A DNA stretch of 33,844 nt from Chrysochromulina tobinii (lineage: Eukaryota). The position numbers and the translations under genes are program-made. Below the pieces are notes generated by a model. That model saw only the letters and a program-made list of their open reading frames with translations, did no database searches and was not told the origin of the DNA. Positions 1 through 13,698 of this stretch are shown here, piece after piece (positions within the stretch are counted from its first letter, which is position 1; each line of letters begins with the position of its first letter). The stretch is taken from contig JWZX01002869.1 of NCBI GenBank assembly GCA_001275005.1, positions 1-33,844 of the forward strand, read 5' to 3'.

Positions 1-1611
1 TTTACCCGCTTAACGCTTCCCAGAGCGTGTCTTAGATTCGGTTCCCGGTCTTCACTGTGTCCTGTTTCACTGTTAACAAGAAAGCCCATAATTGTCGTCG
101 GCGGCGGCCTTGCGGGCCTGGCCGCCGCGCACCATCTCACGCGCTATGGCCGCTGTGTGCTCGTGCTCGAAGCGGCTGACGTAATCGGCGGGCGTATCAA
201 GCAGTGCAGTGTCGGTCACTCGACAAACTCGACGCTCGCAGAGGCGGGCGCCGAATTCTTCCATGGGCACACGTCGACTTCCAAGAAGCTCGCAGACGCC
301 ATCGGCTTGGAGACCGAGCGTGTCTTTTCGACTGCGCACGGTGACGGTGGACCGGACGAGAAACCCGCTCCAGATGGCTCCATCGGCCTCTTCTTCACGG
401 CTGATGGGGAGCGCTTCAACTTCGATAGCCAAGACGCTGGGTTTGTGCGGCTCAATGATGCACTCGACAAGTTGTGCGAGGAGCTCTCGGAGCCCAACTC
501 GCTGCCGCTGAGCGACCAGCGCAGCCTTCAGCAGTATCTCGTAGACGAGGGCGTTTCACCCAAGTTTGTCGAGCTGGCGGTGGCCTCATACGCGAACACG
601 GTCGGCGTGGGCACGGCCATGGACAAGCTGCCATTACGCCAGGTCGCGCGCCTCGAGCGGTTGTGGGGAGTCGACGGCGACGGGGATTACCGAGTATGCA
701 GCCCACACATGTCGCTTTCGACCCTGTGCCATTCGCTGACGCATGGGAGCCAAGTCTGGTGCAACGCCGTTGTCACGTCTATCGAAGTGTTCGAAGATCA
801 GAACGACGCCGCGGCGCGTGTGCGGGTGACGTGTGCCGACGGACGCGTGCACCATGCTGCCGCATCCATCGTGGCCGCACCTGTGACCGTGCTACAGCGC
901 GGAAGCATCCGGTTCGTGCCGGCTCTGCCTGCAGACAAGCTGCGAGCGCTGCGCAGCATTCGGATGGGTAATGCATGCAAGATCATGCTTCTCTTCCGGA
1001 AGCCTCCGTGGGCGGCGGCCCCGTCGGCGAACCCGCGTGTTCATTCCATCATCAGCGCCGGTCTGCCGGGCCGTGTCGTGCCTGAGGTGTGGTTCAAGAA
1101 CATACCTGACGGCTCATGGTTCGTGTCTGGCTTCGCCACGGGCACATATGCGGATGCGCTCGGTGCGCTCGGCGAGGCTGCTGCCTCAGACTTGCTGCTG
1201 CTGCAGCTCGCGCGCTCGTTCCCGGCGGCCATGTCGCTCGAGAGCCTCCGAGCACTCCTCGTGGCCTCTCGACTAGTGGACTGGTCCAAGGAGCCATACG
1301 TTGGCGGTGGTTACTCATCGCCCTCGTTTGACGAGCACGAGCAGGACCGCGCCCTCTACCGGCGGCCAGAGTGGAATGGCTTGCTCTGCTTCTGTGGCGA
1401 GGCGACCGAGGACGCGTGCATGACCATGTCTGCCGCTCTCGAGTCGGGGAAGCGAGCGGCCTCCGAGCTGCAGCAGGCCTTGCTCACGGCGCGGGCTCGG
1501 CCGCCCGCTGGTGCACTGACGAAACCCACAGGAGCTGTTCGGGGGGGCACAGCGGTGGTTGCTCTTGCTGGTTGTGGAAGTTGTGGTTCGGATCTCACAA
1601 GCAGGTTGTAG
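1..1611 (+). CDS. Flavin-containing amine oxidase (polyamine oxidase/LSD1-like family), 5'-partial
   Basis: Frame 1 is open from base 1 and reads IIVVGGGLAGLAAA (FAD-binding GxGxxG, ~88-130), then LEAADVIGGRI. C-terminal motifs are DWSKEPYVGGGYS and FCGEAT...SAALESGKRAA. There is no ATG upstream of the Rossmann motif in the window, so the ORF-track start at 157 is too late. Confidence 0.9.
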   Translation, partial: FTRLTLPRACLRFGSRSSLCPVSLLTRKPIIVVGGGLAGLAAAHHLTRYGRCVLVLEAADVIGGRIKQCSVGHSTNSTLAEAGAEFFHGHTSTSKKLADAIGLETERVFSTAHGDGGPDEKPAPDGSIGLFFTADGERFNFDSQDAGFVRLNDALDKLCEELSEPNSLPLSDQRSLQQYLVDEGVSPKFVELAVASYANTVGVGTAMDKLPLRQVARLERLWGVDGDGDYRVCSPHMSLSTLCHSLTHGSQVWCNAVVTSIEVFEDQNDAAARVRVTCADGRVHHAAASIVAAPVTVLQRGSIRFVPALPADKLRALRSIRMGNACKIMLLFRKPPWAAAPSANPRVHSIISAGLPGRVVPEVWFKNIPDGSWFVSGFATGTYADALGALGEAAASDLLLLQLARSFPAAMSLESLRALLVASRLVDWSKEPYVGGGYSSPSFDEHEQDRALYRRPEWNGLLCFCGEATEDACMTMSAALESGKRAASELQQALLTARARPPAGALTKPTGAVRGGTAVVALAGCGSCGSDLTSRL

Positions 1612-1847
1612 CTTTTATTCATTATTGGCCGAGCGAGCGCTGAATACCCAAAACAGACTCACTTAAGATCTCAACATGAAGCTGACGACACAGGCGCGTC
1701 ATGACACTGAGTTGATGCATGATTCACAGTCGTAGACGGCGTGGCTGGGAGCCGTTGTCCTAGCCGTTTGAGAGTACAGAGTTAAGAGAAGGTGTCATAG
1801 CTCACCACTGAGGACGCACCGCGGACTCAGAAGCCGGGCTAGGTGCC

Positions 1848-2438
1848 CTATCGTCCGCCCGTCGAGAAGGTGTCCCAGTTGAGCGTGCGCATCTGGAGCT
1901 GGCTGCAGAAGTCGTTGCGAATCACGTCCGCCTTCCGAAAGTCAGACTTGACAAGGAAAATGTCCTCCGGCCGGGGGTCGACTGTGCGACGCCTGCGCTC
2001 CTGCGACGCCAGCCCGAAGCGACCAAGCGTGCTCGAGAACTGCGACGATCTCCGACTCGCGTCGAAGGGGAAGCCGACCGGCCCCGCGCGCCCGCGCGAC
2101 TGCCAGGAGACGGAGGCGGAGAACAGGTGCTGGCTCTCCTTTTCCCCTACGGGAAGGTTGTACTGCCCCGGGCCCAGGATGGGAAATTTGTTTGCCTGTG
2201 CTGTAATGGGAAATTTGTCGTGCTGAAATGGCCGCGGTGTCTTGCTCTTGAAGGGAGTGCTGTAATTTTGCGGCGTCACCCACGAGGAACCATTTGCGTG
2301 ACGCTCTTTTTGTTTGTCCATCAGATATGCGATGCTCGTCATGTTCGCAGCTCCGTCGTACACCATGTCCTGTCCAGGAGCGGGCTCGTCGAGCAGAATT
2401 TTACGCTCGCGCGAGGATGTCATGGAGTCATACCCCAT
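1848..2438 (-). CDS. Hypothetical protein with one PGPGQY-like (SHIPPO/STPG-type) motif
   Basis: ATG at 2438 (MGYDSM...), ~196 aa, contains LGPGQYN. Head-to-head with the zf-PARP gene. Confidence 0.55.
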   Translation of the reverse strand: MGYDSMTSSRERKILLDEPAPGQDMVYDGAANMTSIAYLMDKQKERHANGSSWVTPQNYSTPFKSKTPRPFQHDKFPITAQANKFPILGPGQYNLPVGEKESQHLFSASVSWQSRGRAGPVGFPFDASRRSSQFSSTLGRFGLASQERRRRTVDPRPEDIFLVKSDFRKADVIRNDFCSQLQMRTLNWDTFSTGGR

Positions 2439-2681
2439 GGTACTGCTTCCGGACGGCTTTCGCGCAGAGCGTCGCGCGCGGCGCGTGCGTGCGTCGAGCA
2501 AACACGAGTACGAGAGTGAGAGGAAACCGAAGAAAAAGGTCGGGAGTAGTTTCGGGCGAAGTTAGTGTCGTTTGCGGGCGACGTGGATGCGGAGGAAGCG
2601 AGCGCCAGGACTTTGTTCCGGGTCAGATCATCCTGACAATCCTCGAAATGCGAGCTCCTCGTAACGATTTCATTCTTCAGC

Positions 2682-3623
2682 ATGGCCACCTACGGCGTCG
2701 AGTATGCGAAGAGTAACCGCGCCATGTGCAAGTCCTGCGGCATCAAGATCGACAAGGACGTGCTGCGCATCGGCACAAACGTGCCCGGCCCAGGCGATTA
2801 CATGATTACCAGCTGGAAGCACCTCGCGTGCATCAGGAAGCCAGCAGGGCTCCACTCGCTCGAAGATCTTGCAGGAGTTTCCGAGCTCAAGGCTTCTGAC
2901 AAGCAGCTACTCGGGGACTGGATGGCCGGTAACATGACTGCCGTGAGTGCCTCCAAGCGCAAGACTGACATGGCGAGCGCGGAGGCGGCAGCCAGCACTC
3001 CGAGCACGCCGAGCAAGAAGGTCAAGGTCGACGACGCAGGTAGCAGCAGCCGTAGCACCCCGGTCTCGGCGGCCTGCGCCTTCTCGTCCATGTCGACCGC
3101 CGCAGAGATTGAGGCCCTCGACGCGGCCACCGCGCGCTTCAGCGCGCTCTCAAACGACGCTCTGAAGGCGTGCTTGCGTGCCAATGACCAGCTTCTCGCG
3201 GGCACTAAGGGTGACCTCGTCGAGCGGTGTGTCGACCGTTCGGTATACGGCAATCTGCCGCGCTGCCCGCATTGCGGTATCGGCCGGCTCAAGGTGGCGT
3301 ACCCTCGCAAGTATGGCCACGGAGGCATGGGAACGTTCACCTGTCCTGGCGGGTACGATGACGACGAGTACAAACGGTGCTCGTTCCGGACGACATCGGT
3401 CGAGCGGCCGCAGTGGATCGTGAACGAGCACGAGAGCGCCGCGCCCAAGGCGGCGCGCAAGCCGACGGGCGGCAAGTCGACTGGCGGTGCGCCGAGCGTG
3501 GCCGCCACTCCGCAAAAGTCGGGCGGTCGCGGCGACGCGCACGCGCCCAAGGCGGCGGCTGAAAAATCGGCGGTGGTTACGTCAGGGCTGCCCGCGGCGC
3601 GGATGCCTGGCCCGGATGAGTAG
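2682..3623 (+). CDS. PARP-type zinc finger + PADR1 (Zn3) domain protein, no catalytic domain
   Basis: VEYAKSNRAMCKSC...WKHLAC matches zf-PARP. LKACLRANDQ...DLVERCVD...GNLPRCPHC...FTCPGGY...RCSF matches the PARP1 PADR1 region. Confidence 0.85.
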   Translation: MATYGVEYAKSNRAMCKSCGIKIDKDVLRIGTNVPGPGDYMITSWKHLACIRKPAGLHSLEDLAGVSELKASDKQLLGDWMAGNMTAVSASKRKTDMASAEAAASTPSTPSKKVKVDDAGSSSRSTPVSAACAFSSMSTAAEIEALDAATARFSALSNDALKACLRANDQLLAGTKGDLVERCVDRSVYGNLPRCPHCGIGRLKVAYPRKYGHGGMGTFTCPGGYDDDEYKRCSFRTTSVERPQWIVNEHESAAPKAARKPTGGKSTGGAPSVAATPQKSGGRGDAHAPKAAAEKSAVVTSGLPAARMPGPDE

Positions 3624-3717
3624 GGCCGATCCCTAATCGGGAGGGCATGTAACGCCTCGGGTCCACTTGGATCGGGATGCATCCTACCCGTATCCCCAGG
3701 CCGTATCCTACCCGCGG

Positions 3718-3813
3718 GGGCGCCCCCCTGTCTCTCCCGAGCGTCGTGGTGGGCGCCCCCCGTCTCTCCCGAGCGTCGTGGTGGGCGCCCCCGTCCCTCT
3801 CGAGCGTCGTGGT
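3718..3813. repeat. Tandem minisatellite, 3 x 31-33 bp
   Basis: Units GGGCGCCCCC..GTCTCTCCCGAGCGTCGTGGT start at 3718, 3751 and 3783, with no spacers. Confidence 0.9.
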
Positions 3814-4313
3814 GGGCGTGTCAGACTCGTCGGGGGCGCCCGCCCATGTGATCCCTTTCAGGGCAGGTCTGGTTTCCATGTAGCATGCTGGTTTCCATGG
3901 CTGCTCCGCCGCGCGCCGGCGCGAATCGCAATCCAGACGGGTCACGGGAGTGCTTTCGCCCATGCTTTGCCCCATTGACCCTGTGCAAGCAAGCAAGCCC
4001 CTGTGGCCTGTGGTTTGGGGTTCTGAGGTCACAGGTCTGAGCGCACTCACACATAGGATCGGACAAGGGATCGGAGCGGAGCGAGCTGCGCGCGCGAGAT
4101 GTGGCCCGCAGTGCGGTACGGTTGCCACCAGATACGGTTTTGGAGTTCTGATTTCCAGGTACACGGGAAGCCTTTCGAAAGCGCTCCGACCTATTTTGAC
4201 TTGACTTGACTTTCGCGCCAAGCACGGGACCACTCGAGCTGGGCGCCTGAGACGCGATTGTGACGCGCGCTTTCTGTCTACTCTGACTCCCTGACGGACA
4301 GACGATTATCAGA

Positions 4314-5585
4314 ATGCCGAGCTTGAACACACCCCGCGCAGCTTTTCAGCACAGTGAGGAGTCCAACCATGCTGCGTTTGACATCCCCGACGCCCTTGGT
4401 AAGCGCCAGTACTTGACGGTCGCCAAGCTCCTCGAGGCAGCGAGCGGGTGCAAGATCACGGCTGCGAAAACAGAAGGAAGGAATGAGGGCCTCCACCTCG
4501 CACTATCTGGCGACCGGCGAGCGAGGCGAGCGGCGGCCATTTATATATTCTACCGCATCTGCGTGGGGGAGGACAACAAGCTGCGGAATCTCGAAGGTGG
4601 TGGCTTCCTTCCCGAGCTGCTCAATTCTGAACACGCTCGCGAGATCGTCGTGCCCGACCGATACCAGCTTCGTCAGCTCCGCGAAGGTTTCTTCAAGTCA
4701 GGGCAGGTATTCTCTAAGTCCAAGGAGATGGGCGTCCTCGTCGATTTCACGCGCCTGGACGTGCACCGGAAGATCGGTTTGCTCTCGGTCCATCCGGGCA
4801 AGCGAGATGCCATGGTAGCCTGGATCCGCTCCGTCGCCGAATCGACCTTGAGCGCGCCCCCCGCGCCTGCGCCAGTGCCGCAACTGTTATCGCCCCTCCT
4901 CTCCGAGAAGCTGGCACAGCGCACCGTCGAGGCGCTAGTGGAGGCTGGCTTCGACCTCGGGCGCTCGCGTCGCATCGTCGAGACACTCGCCGACAAGGGC
5001 GATGTCCAAGCCGCGATGAACAGATGTCTCGACACCTCGTTCGCGGCCGTGGCGGCCACAGTGCCTACCGCCGCGTCCGAGGCACACCAGTCCGATGCCT
5101 CTTCGTTGTCCGAGGCTCTCACGCATCTCGGCCCACCCTCGACGAATACCCTCGCCGCCCCACCTCCCTCACCTCCTCCACGCCCCGTGTCTTCCCCTGT
5201 CACGGGCGTGGGCCTTGGACACGTGCGAGCGGTCGGCCGCGAGCGTTTTCCCACAGCGATGTGGGCCCCTTCACCCCTACAACATCCGGCCTCGCCGTGG
5301 CCGGTGGGCGGTGCCGAGCCCACTGACGTAACCGCGCGTAACGGTCGCGCCTCGTCTGACTTTGCGCTGCCCTTCGATCTGGACGAGCAAGACTTGCCGC
5401 GATCGGACGGTGCGGTGGACAACTCCGCATGCGCCATCTGCTTGGCTACGGAGGCCTGTCATGCCTTCGTCCCGTGCGGCCACGTGGCTGCATGCTCCCG
5501 TTGCGCCGAGCTCGTTTTCCGCGAGCAGGGGATGTGCCCGATGTGCCGTGCCCCCGTGTCGTCGCACCTACGCATCTGGTTCTGA
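4314..5585 (+). CDS. RING-HC (zf-C3HC4_3) E3 ligase with a UBA-like domain and possible N-terminal KH-like folds
   Basis: C-terminal CAIC...FVPCGHVAACSRC...CPMCR. LVEAGFDLGRSRRIVETL...DVQAAMNRCL is UBA-like. Confidence 0.8.
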   Translation: MPSLNTPRAAFQHSEESNHAAFDIPDALGKRQYLTVAKLLEAASGCKITAAKTEGRNEGLHLALSGDRRARRAAAIYIFYRICVGEDNKLRNLEGGGFLPELLNSEHAREIVVPDRYQLRQLREGFFKSGQVFSKSKEMGVLVDFTRLDVHRKIGLLSVHPGKRDAMVAWIRSVAESTLSAPPAPAPVPQLLSPLLSEKLAQRTVEALVEAGFDLGRSRRIVETLADKGDVQAAMNRCLDTSFAAVAATVPTAASEAHQSDASSLSEALTHLGPPSTNTLAAPPPSPPPRPVSSPVTGVGLGHVRAVGRERFPTAMWAPSPLQHPASPWPVGGAEPTDVTARNGRASSDFALPFDLDEQDLPRSDGAVDNSACAICLATEACHAFVPCGHVAACSRCAELVFREQGMCPMCRAPVSSHLRIWF

Positions 5586-6115
5586 CGGAAACCCGGCGCG
5601 GGAGCGGGAGCATGCAGGCAGACCAGGTATGGTGCTGGGAGGCCGCGTGCGTCGGGCATGGGCCCGGAGCGTCCGCGGGAACCCCAGGGGGGCAGAGGGG
5701 AGAGGCAGAGCGCGGCTGAGGGCGGGGGTGAGGGCGCGGAACACGGAAGAGAGAGACACACAAAAAAAAAGCTAAACGTGTTCGAAGGATATCTGTCGGC
5801 GGGGTTTTGCGGGCGGGGTTTTGGCGTCTCAAGCGCTCTTACTACCCGTGCAGGAGTACCTGACTCCAGGTACAGCTCTACTGTAACCGCTTAAAGCGCG
5901 GCGCTTACCGCGGTGCTTACGCGAGCCCATGTTCGACCGAACGGGAACAGCGCTTTCCGTTCAGGGCTTTACCGCCTACTCGGCTGCCGCGCCGCGCCGA
6001 GCGCTCACCACAGCCCTCACCACGGTCGTGCTGGGCGCAGCGCACCAACGGCACATGCGCGTGGCCGCGTGCCTACTTGCCCACGAAGGAACCACACGTG
6101 CCCAGGCGGCTCGCC

Positions 6116-10915
<4,800 letters not shown>

Positions 10916-10966
10916 CGTGCGAGCTGCTGGCAGATGCCTTGGCCAGCACAGGCACCCTCCTCTCGC

Positions 10967-11065
10967 TGAACACCTCACCGGCAGAGGCCGCCCCTCGTGT
11001 GAATACCTCACGGAAAGAGGCCACCCCTCATGTGAACACCTCATCGGTAGAGGCCACCCCTCGTG
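10967..11065. repeat. Tandem repeat, 3 x 33 bp
   Basis: TGAA(C/T)ACCTCA..G..AGAGGCC(A/G)CCCCTC.TG units start at 10967, 11000 and 11033. Confidence 0.85.
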
Positions 11066-11623
11066 GCACCCCTTGTGGCTGAGGCCTCGTTGTTGGGACT
11101 CCACAGGGCACGGGGAGCGGCGCGGGGTACTCGCTGTGAAGGAGGAGAAACATGCAGGAGGCAAAACAACCTGACCCGGTTGGAGGCTCATGCGATCGCC
11201 GCTCGGTCTTGCGGGCCGCTCGATCGCGCCTCGAGGCATGAGGGAGAAATTGGCTCTGTGCTGCGGGCCGGCTGAACGGCAGGAAACGTGGCGGGGAAGC
11301 ACTGCAGGGATCGCGCGCGGGTTGTGCGGGTCGTTTGTCACTAATTTTGTAATTAGGATTCCTATCGAGTCTGAAGCTCGCACGTTCCCCCTCCCAAGAT
11401 CCGCTCTATGGTGCCCGCGCCCTCTGTCTGAAAAATCGTGGGGCTCCCCGCTTTAGCGAATTTACGTATAATTTGGCCTCCACGTTCGACTTTACGCCTG
11501 AAACTCCGAAATAAGTTTTAGTTTGTCAAACTTCATTGGCGACCTTTCCCTTTTCCGAGGAGCGCAGCATCGCAGTGCAGCGCGCGTCGGTTTATTGTGG
11601 TGTGGTCGGCGGAGCGCTGCACG

Positions 11624-12703
11624 ATGTCGGGGCCTCTGTGGGGGCCTGAGGACAACACGCCGACATCCTCGACGATGCTCGGCTTTCCCAACACAGGCCG
11701 ATCCATGCGGGCGGTGGACATGTCGTCGGCTTTGCAAACGGTCTTCGCCAAGGCCGAGCGGGCGCGACAGGAGGCAGCCTGGAACCGGAAGCTAAAGCGT
11801 GCGGAGGAGGCACGCATCGAGGCCATGCGTATGCTGCAGCAGGACGACGTGCCCGACAGCGGAATGTCGCCCGAGGAGCTAAAAGCGGCCGTGGAGGCGC
11901 ACATCAAGGGATCTGACGGCTCGTACGCGGACTCGAAGGAGCTGGATGAAGCGACGCAGGAAAAGCGGCGCGAGCTGGCGGCGGCGAGGAAGAAAAAGAA
12001 GGGGGAGGATGCGGCGCGGCTGAAGGCGGAGAACAAGGCAATGAAGGACAAAATCAAGAACACCAAGACCAAGACGGATGACGACACGAATGACGATGCA
12101 ACTGGTGTGGCGCGTGCCCGGGCAGAGAAGGAGCGGAAGGCACGGTTGAAGGCGGAGCAGGATGTGCTCAGCAAGGACAATAAGATGAAGAGGGATCGCA
12201 TCAAGAACACAAAAGCTGCCACAGATGACGACATCACCGACGACGTCGGTGAAGACGGCACTGTAGGCGCTGGCCGCGGCGAGGCGGCAGCGACGAGCAA
12301 GGCGCGAAAGGCAGCGGAGGCAGCGCGGCTGGCCGAGCAGAATGCAGAGCTGTTTGATCGCATCCGCAACACGGGCGCTGCGACGGACAATGACATCACC
12401 GACGACGAGACGGGCGCAGCGCGGCGAGCGGCCGCGAGGGAGGGGGCAAAGCAGAAGGCAGCGGAAGCAGCCGCGATCGCGGTCGAGAACGCCGCGATGC
12501 ATGACAGGATCAAGAGCACGGGCGCTGCGACGGACAACGACGTGTCTGATGACGCGACGGGCGTCGCGCGCAAAGCCGCGGCCAAGGCAGCCGCCGCAAA
12601 CAAGAAGGAGGCGGCCACCAAACTCGCCGCCGAGAACGACGCGCTCGGGGATCTCATCGCGAAGACAGATGGCGGGCTGGCAGCGAAGCGAAAAGTCTTT
12701 TAA
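11624..12703 (+). CDS. Charged helical repeat protein (4-5 repeats of ~50 aa)
   Basis: ATG at 11624. Recurrent motif ENxxMxDRIKNTxAATDxDxxDDxTGxAR, with strongly GC3-biased codons. Confidence 0.8.
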   Translation: MSGPLWGPEDNTPTSSTMLGFPNTGRSMRAVDMSSALQTVFAKAERARQEAAWNRKLKRAEEARIEAMRMLQQDDVPDSGMSPEELKAAVEAHIKGSDGSYADSKELDEATQEKRRELAAARKKKKGEDAARLKAENKAMKDKIKNTKTKTDDDTNDDATGVARARAEKERKARLKAEQDVLSKDNKMKRDRIKNTKAATDDDITDDVGEDGTVGAGRGEAAATSKARKAAEAARLAEQNAELFDRIRNTGAATDNDITDDETGAARRAAAREGAKQKAAEAAAIAVENAAMHDRIKSTGAATDNDVSDDATGVARKAAAKAAAANKKEAATKLAAENDALGDLIAKTDGGLAAKRKVF

Positions 12704-13698
12704 CTGAGTAGGCAACGGCTCCGCGCGCGCGGCGCTGACGCGCTTGCTCGGCGGGGCCCGAGCAGCTGGCGTGCACTGATCATGCGTTGTGCAGCGTATG
12801 TCGCGCGTGTTTCCAGCGAGGTACCCATCCATGCTCAGGGCGGTTTTAGACGATGGCTGGCCGCGGCTCGCCGATACGCGACTGGAGGTGCACGGCGCGC
12901 GATGATGTCTGATGTGTTATGGACCGCCGGCGCGCTAGGCCTTGCGGATCGAGTGTATGAAGAGGGCTAGAGGGCATGCATCCGCGTATGTCATTTTCGG
13001 TGTCGTCATTGTTGGAGTCGTGCGTGTATGTGTTGCCCGCGCGCGGTCGCACGGTCGGTGGGGCTTGTCCGCCGTCACCGCTGTCCGCGTACCCAGACCC
13101 GCTCCGTCACGCTCGGCGTCCGGGGAAGTCCGGCTCCGGGGTCCGCCGTCCGCCCGGTGCGCGCGTCGACCGTGCGCGTCGACGTTTTAAAGTATTACGT
13201 TTTTGCGATTACGCGCGATACGCGTGGACCGTGGTTCTGGTGGCGCGTTGTTACGTCTTTTACGCGCGTTACGTTCTCGTTTTCACGCGCGCTTGGCCCG
13301 CGGTCGGGTCGGCAGGAACCCGTCGCATTCTATCTTCTAAAACACGTTCGGATTCTTCGGCTCAGCGTGAGCGTGAGCGTCCGGAGTCGGCGCCGGCGAG
13401 TCGTCGCGCGGTGCCGCGCGGTGACGTTCTGTGACCGGTGAGAGCCCTGACCTAGCCTGCACGCTGGTAGCTGCAGCACAACGCACGACTTTACTGTAGA
13501 CTTTGGCAGACTTCGACCGCGACCGCGCGTGGCGACTGTCGGGGACACCCGCAACACCGCGGACTGCTGTCATCTGTGCATCGGACGCGCCGTGATGGGC
13601 GCCCGCGCGTCTGGAGAGGCAGCCTCGAGCGCGCGCTTCAGTCCACGTGCCTTGAGATGTGCAGCTCCCGCCGCTCGGCTTTGGGAAAGGCCGGTCAC

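Noticed and set aside
3718..3813. ~32-bp repeats as a CRISPR array
   Set aside because: The units are contiguous with no unique spacers, there are no cas genes, and the context is eukaryotic.
11533..12832. Long antisense ORFs (374 and 317 aa), and similar overlapping ORFs throughout the window
   Set aside because: Expected stop-poor shadows of GC3-rich genes, with no recognisable motifs.
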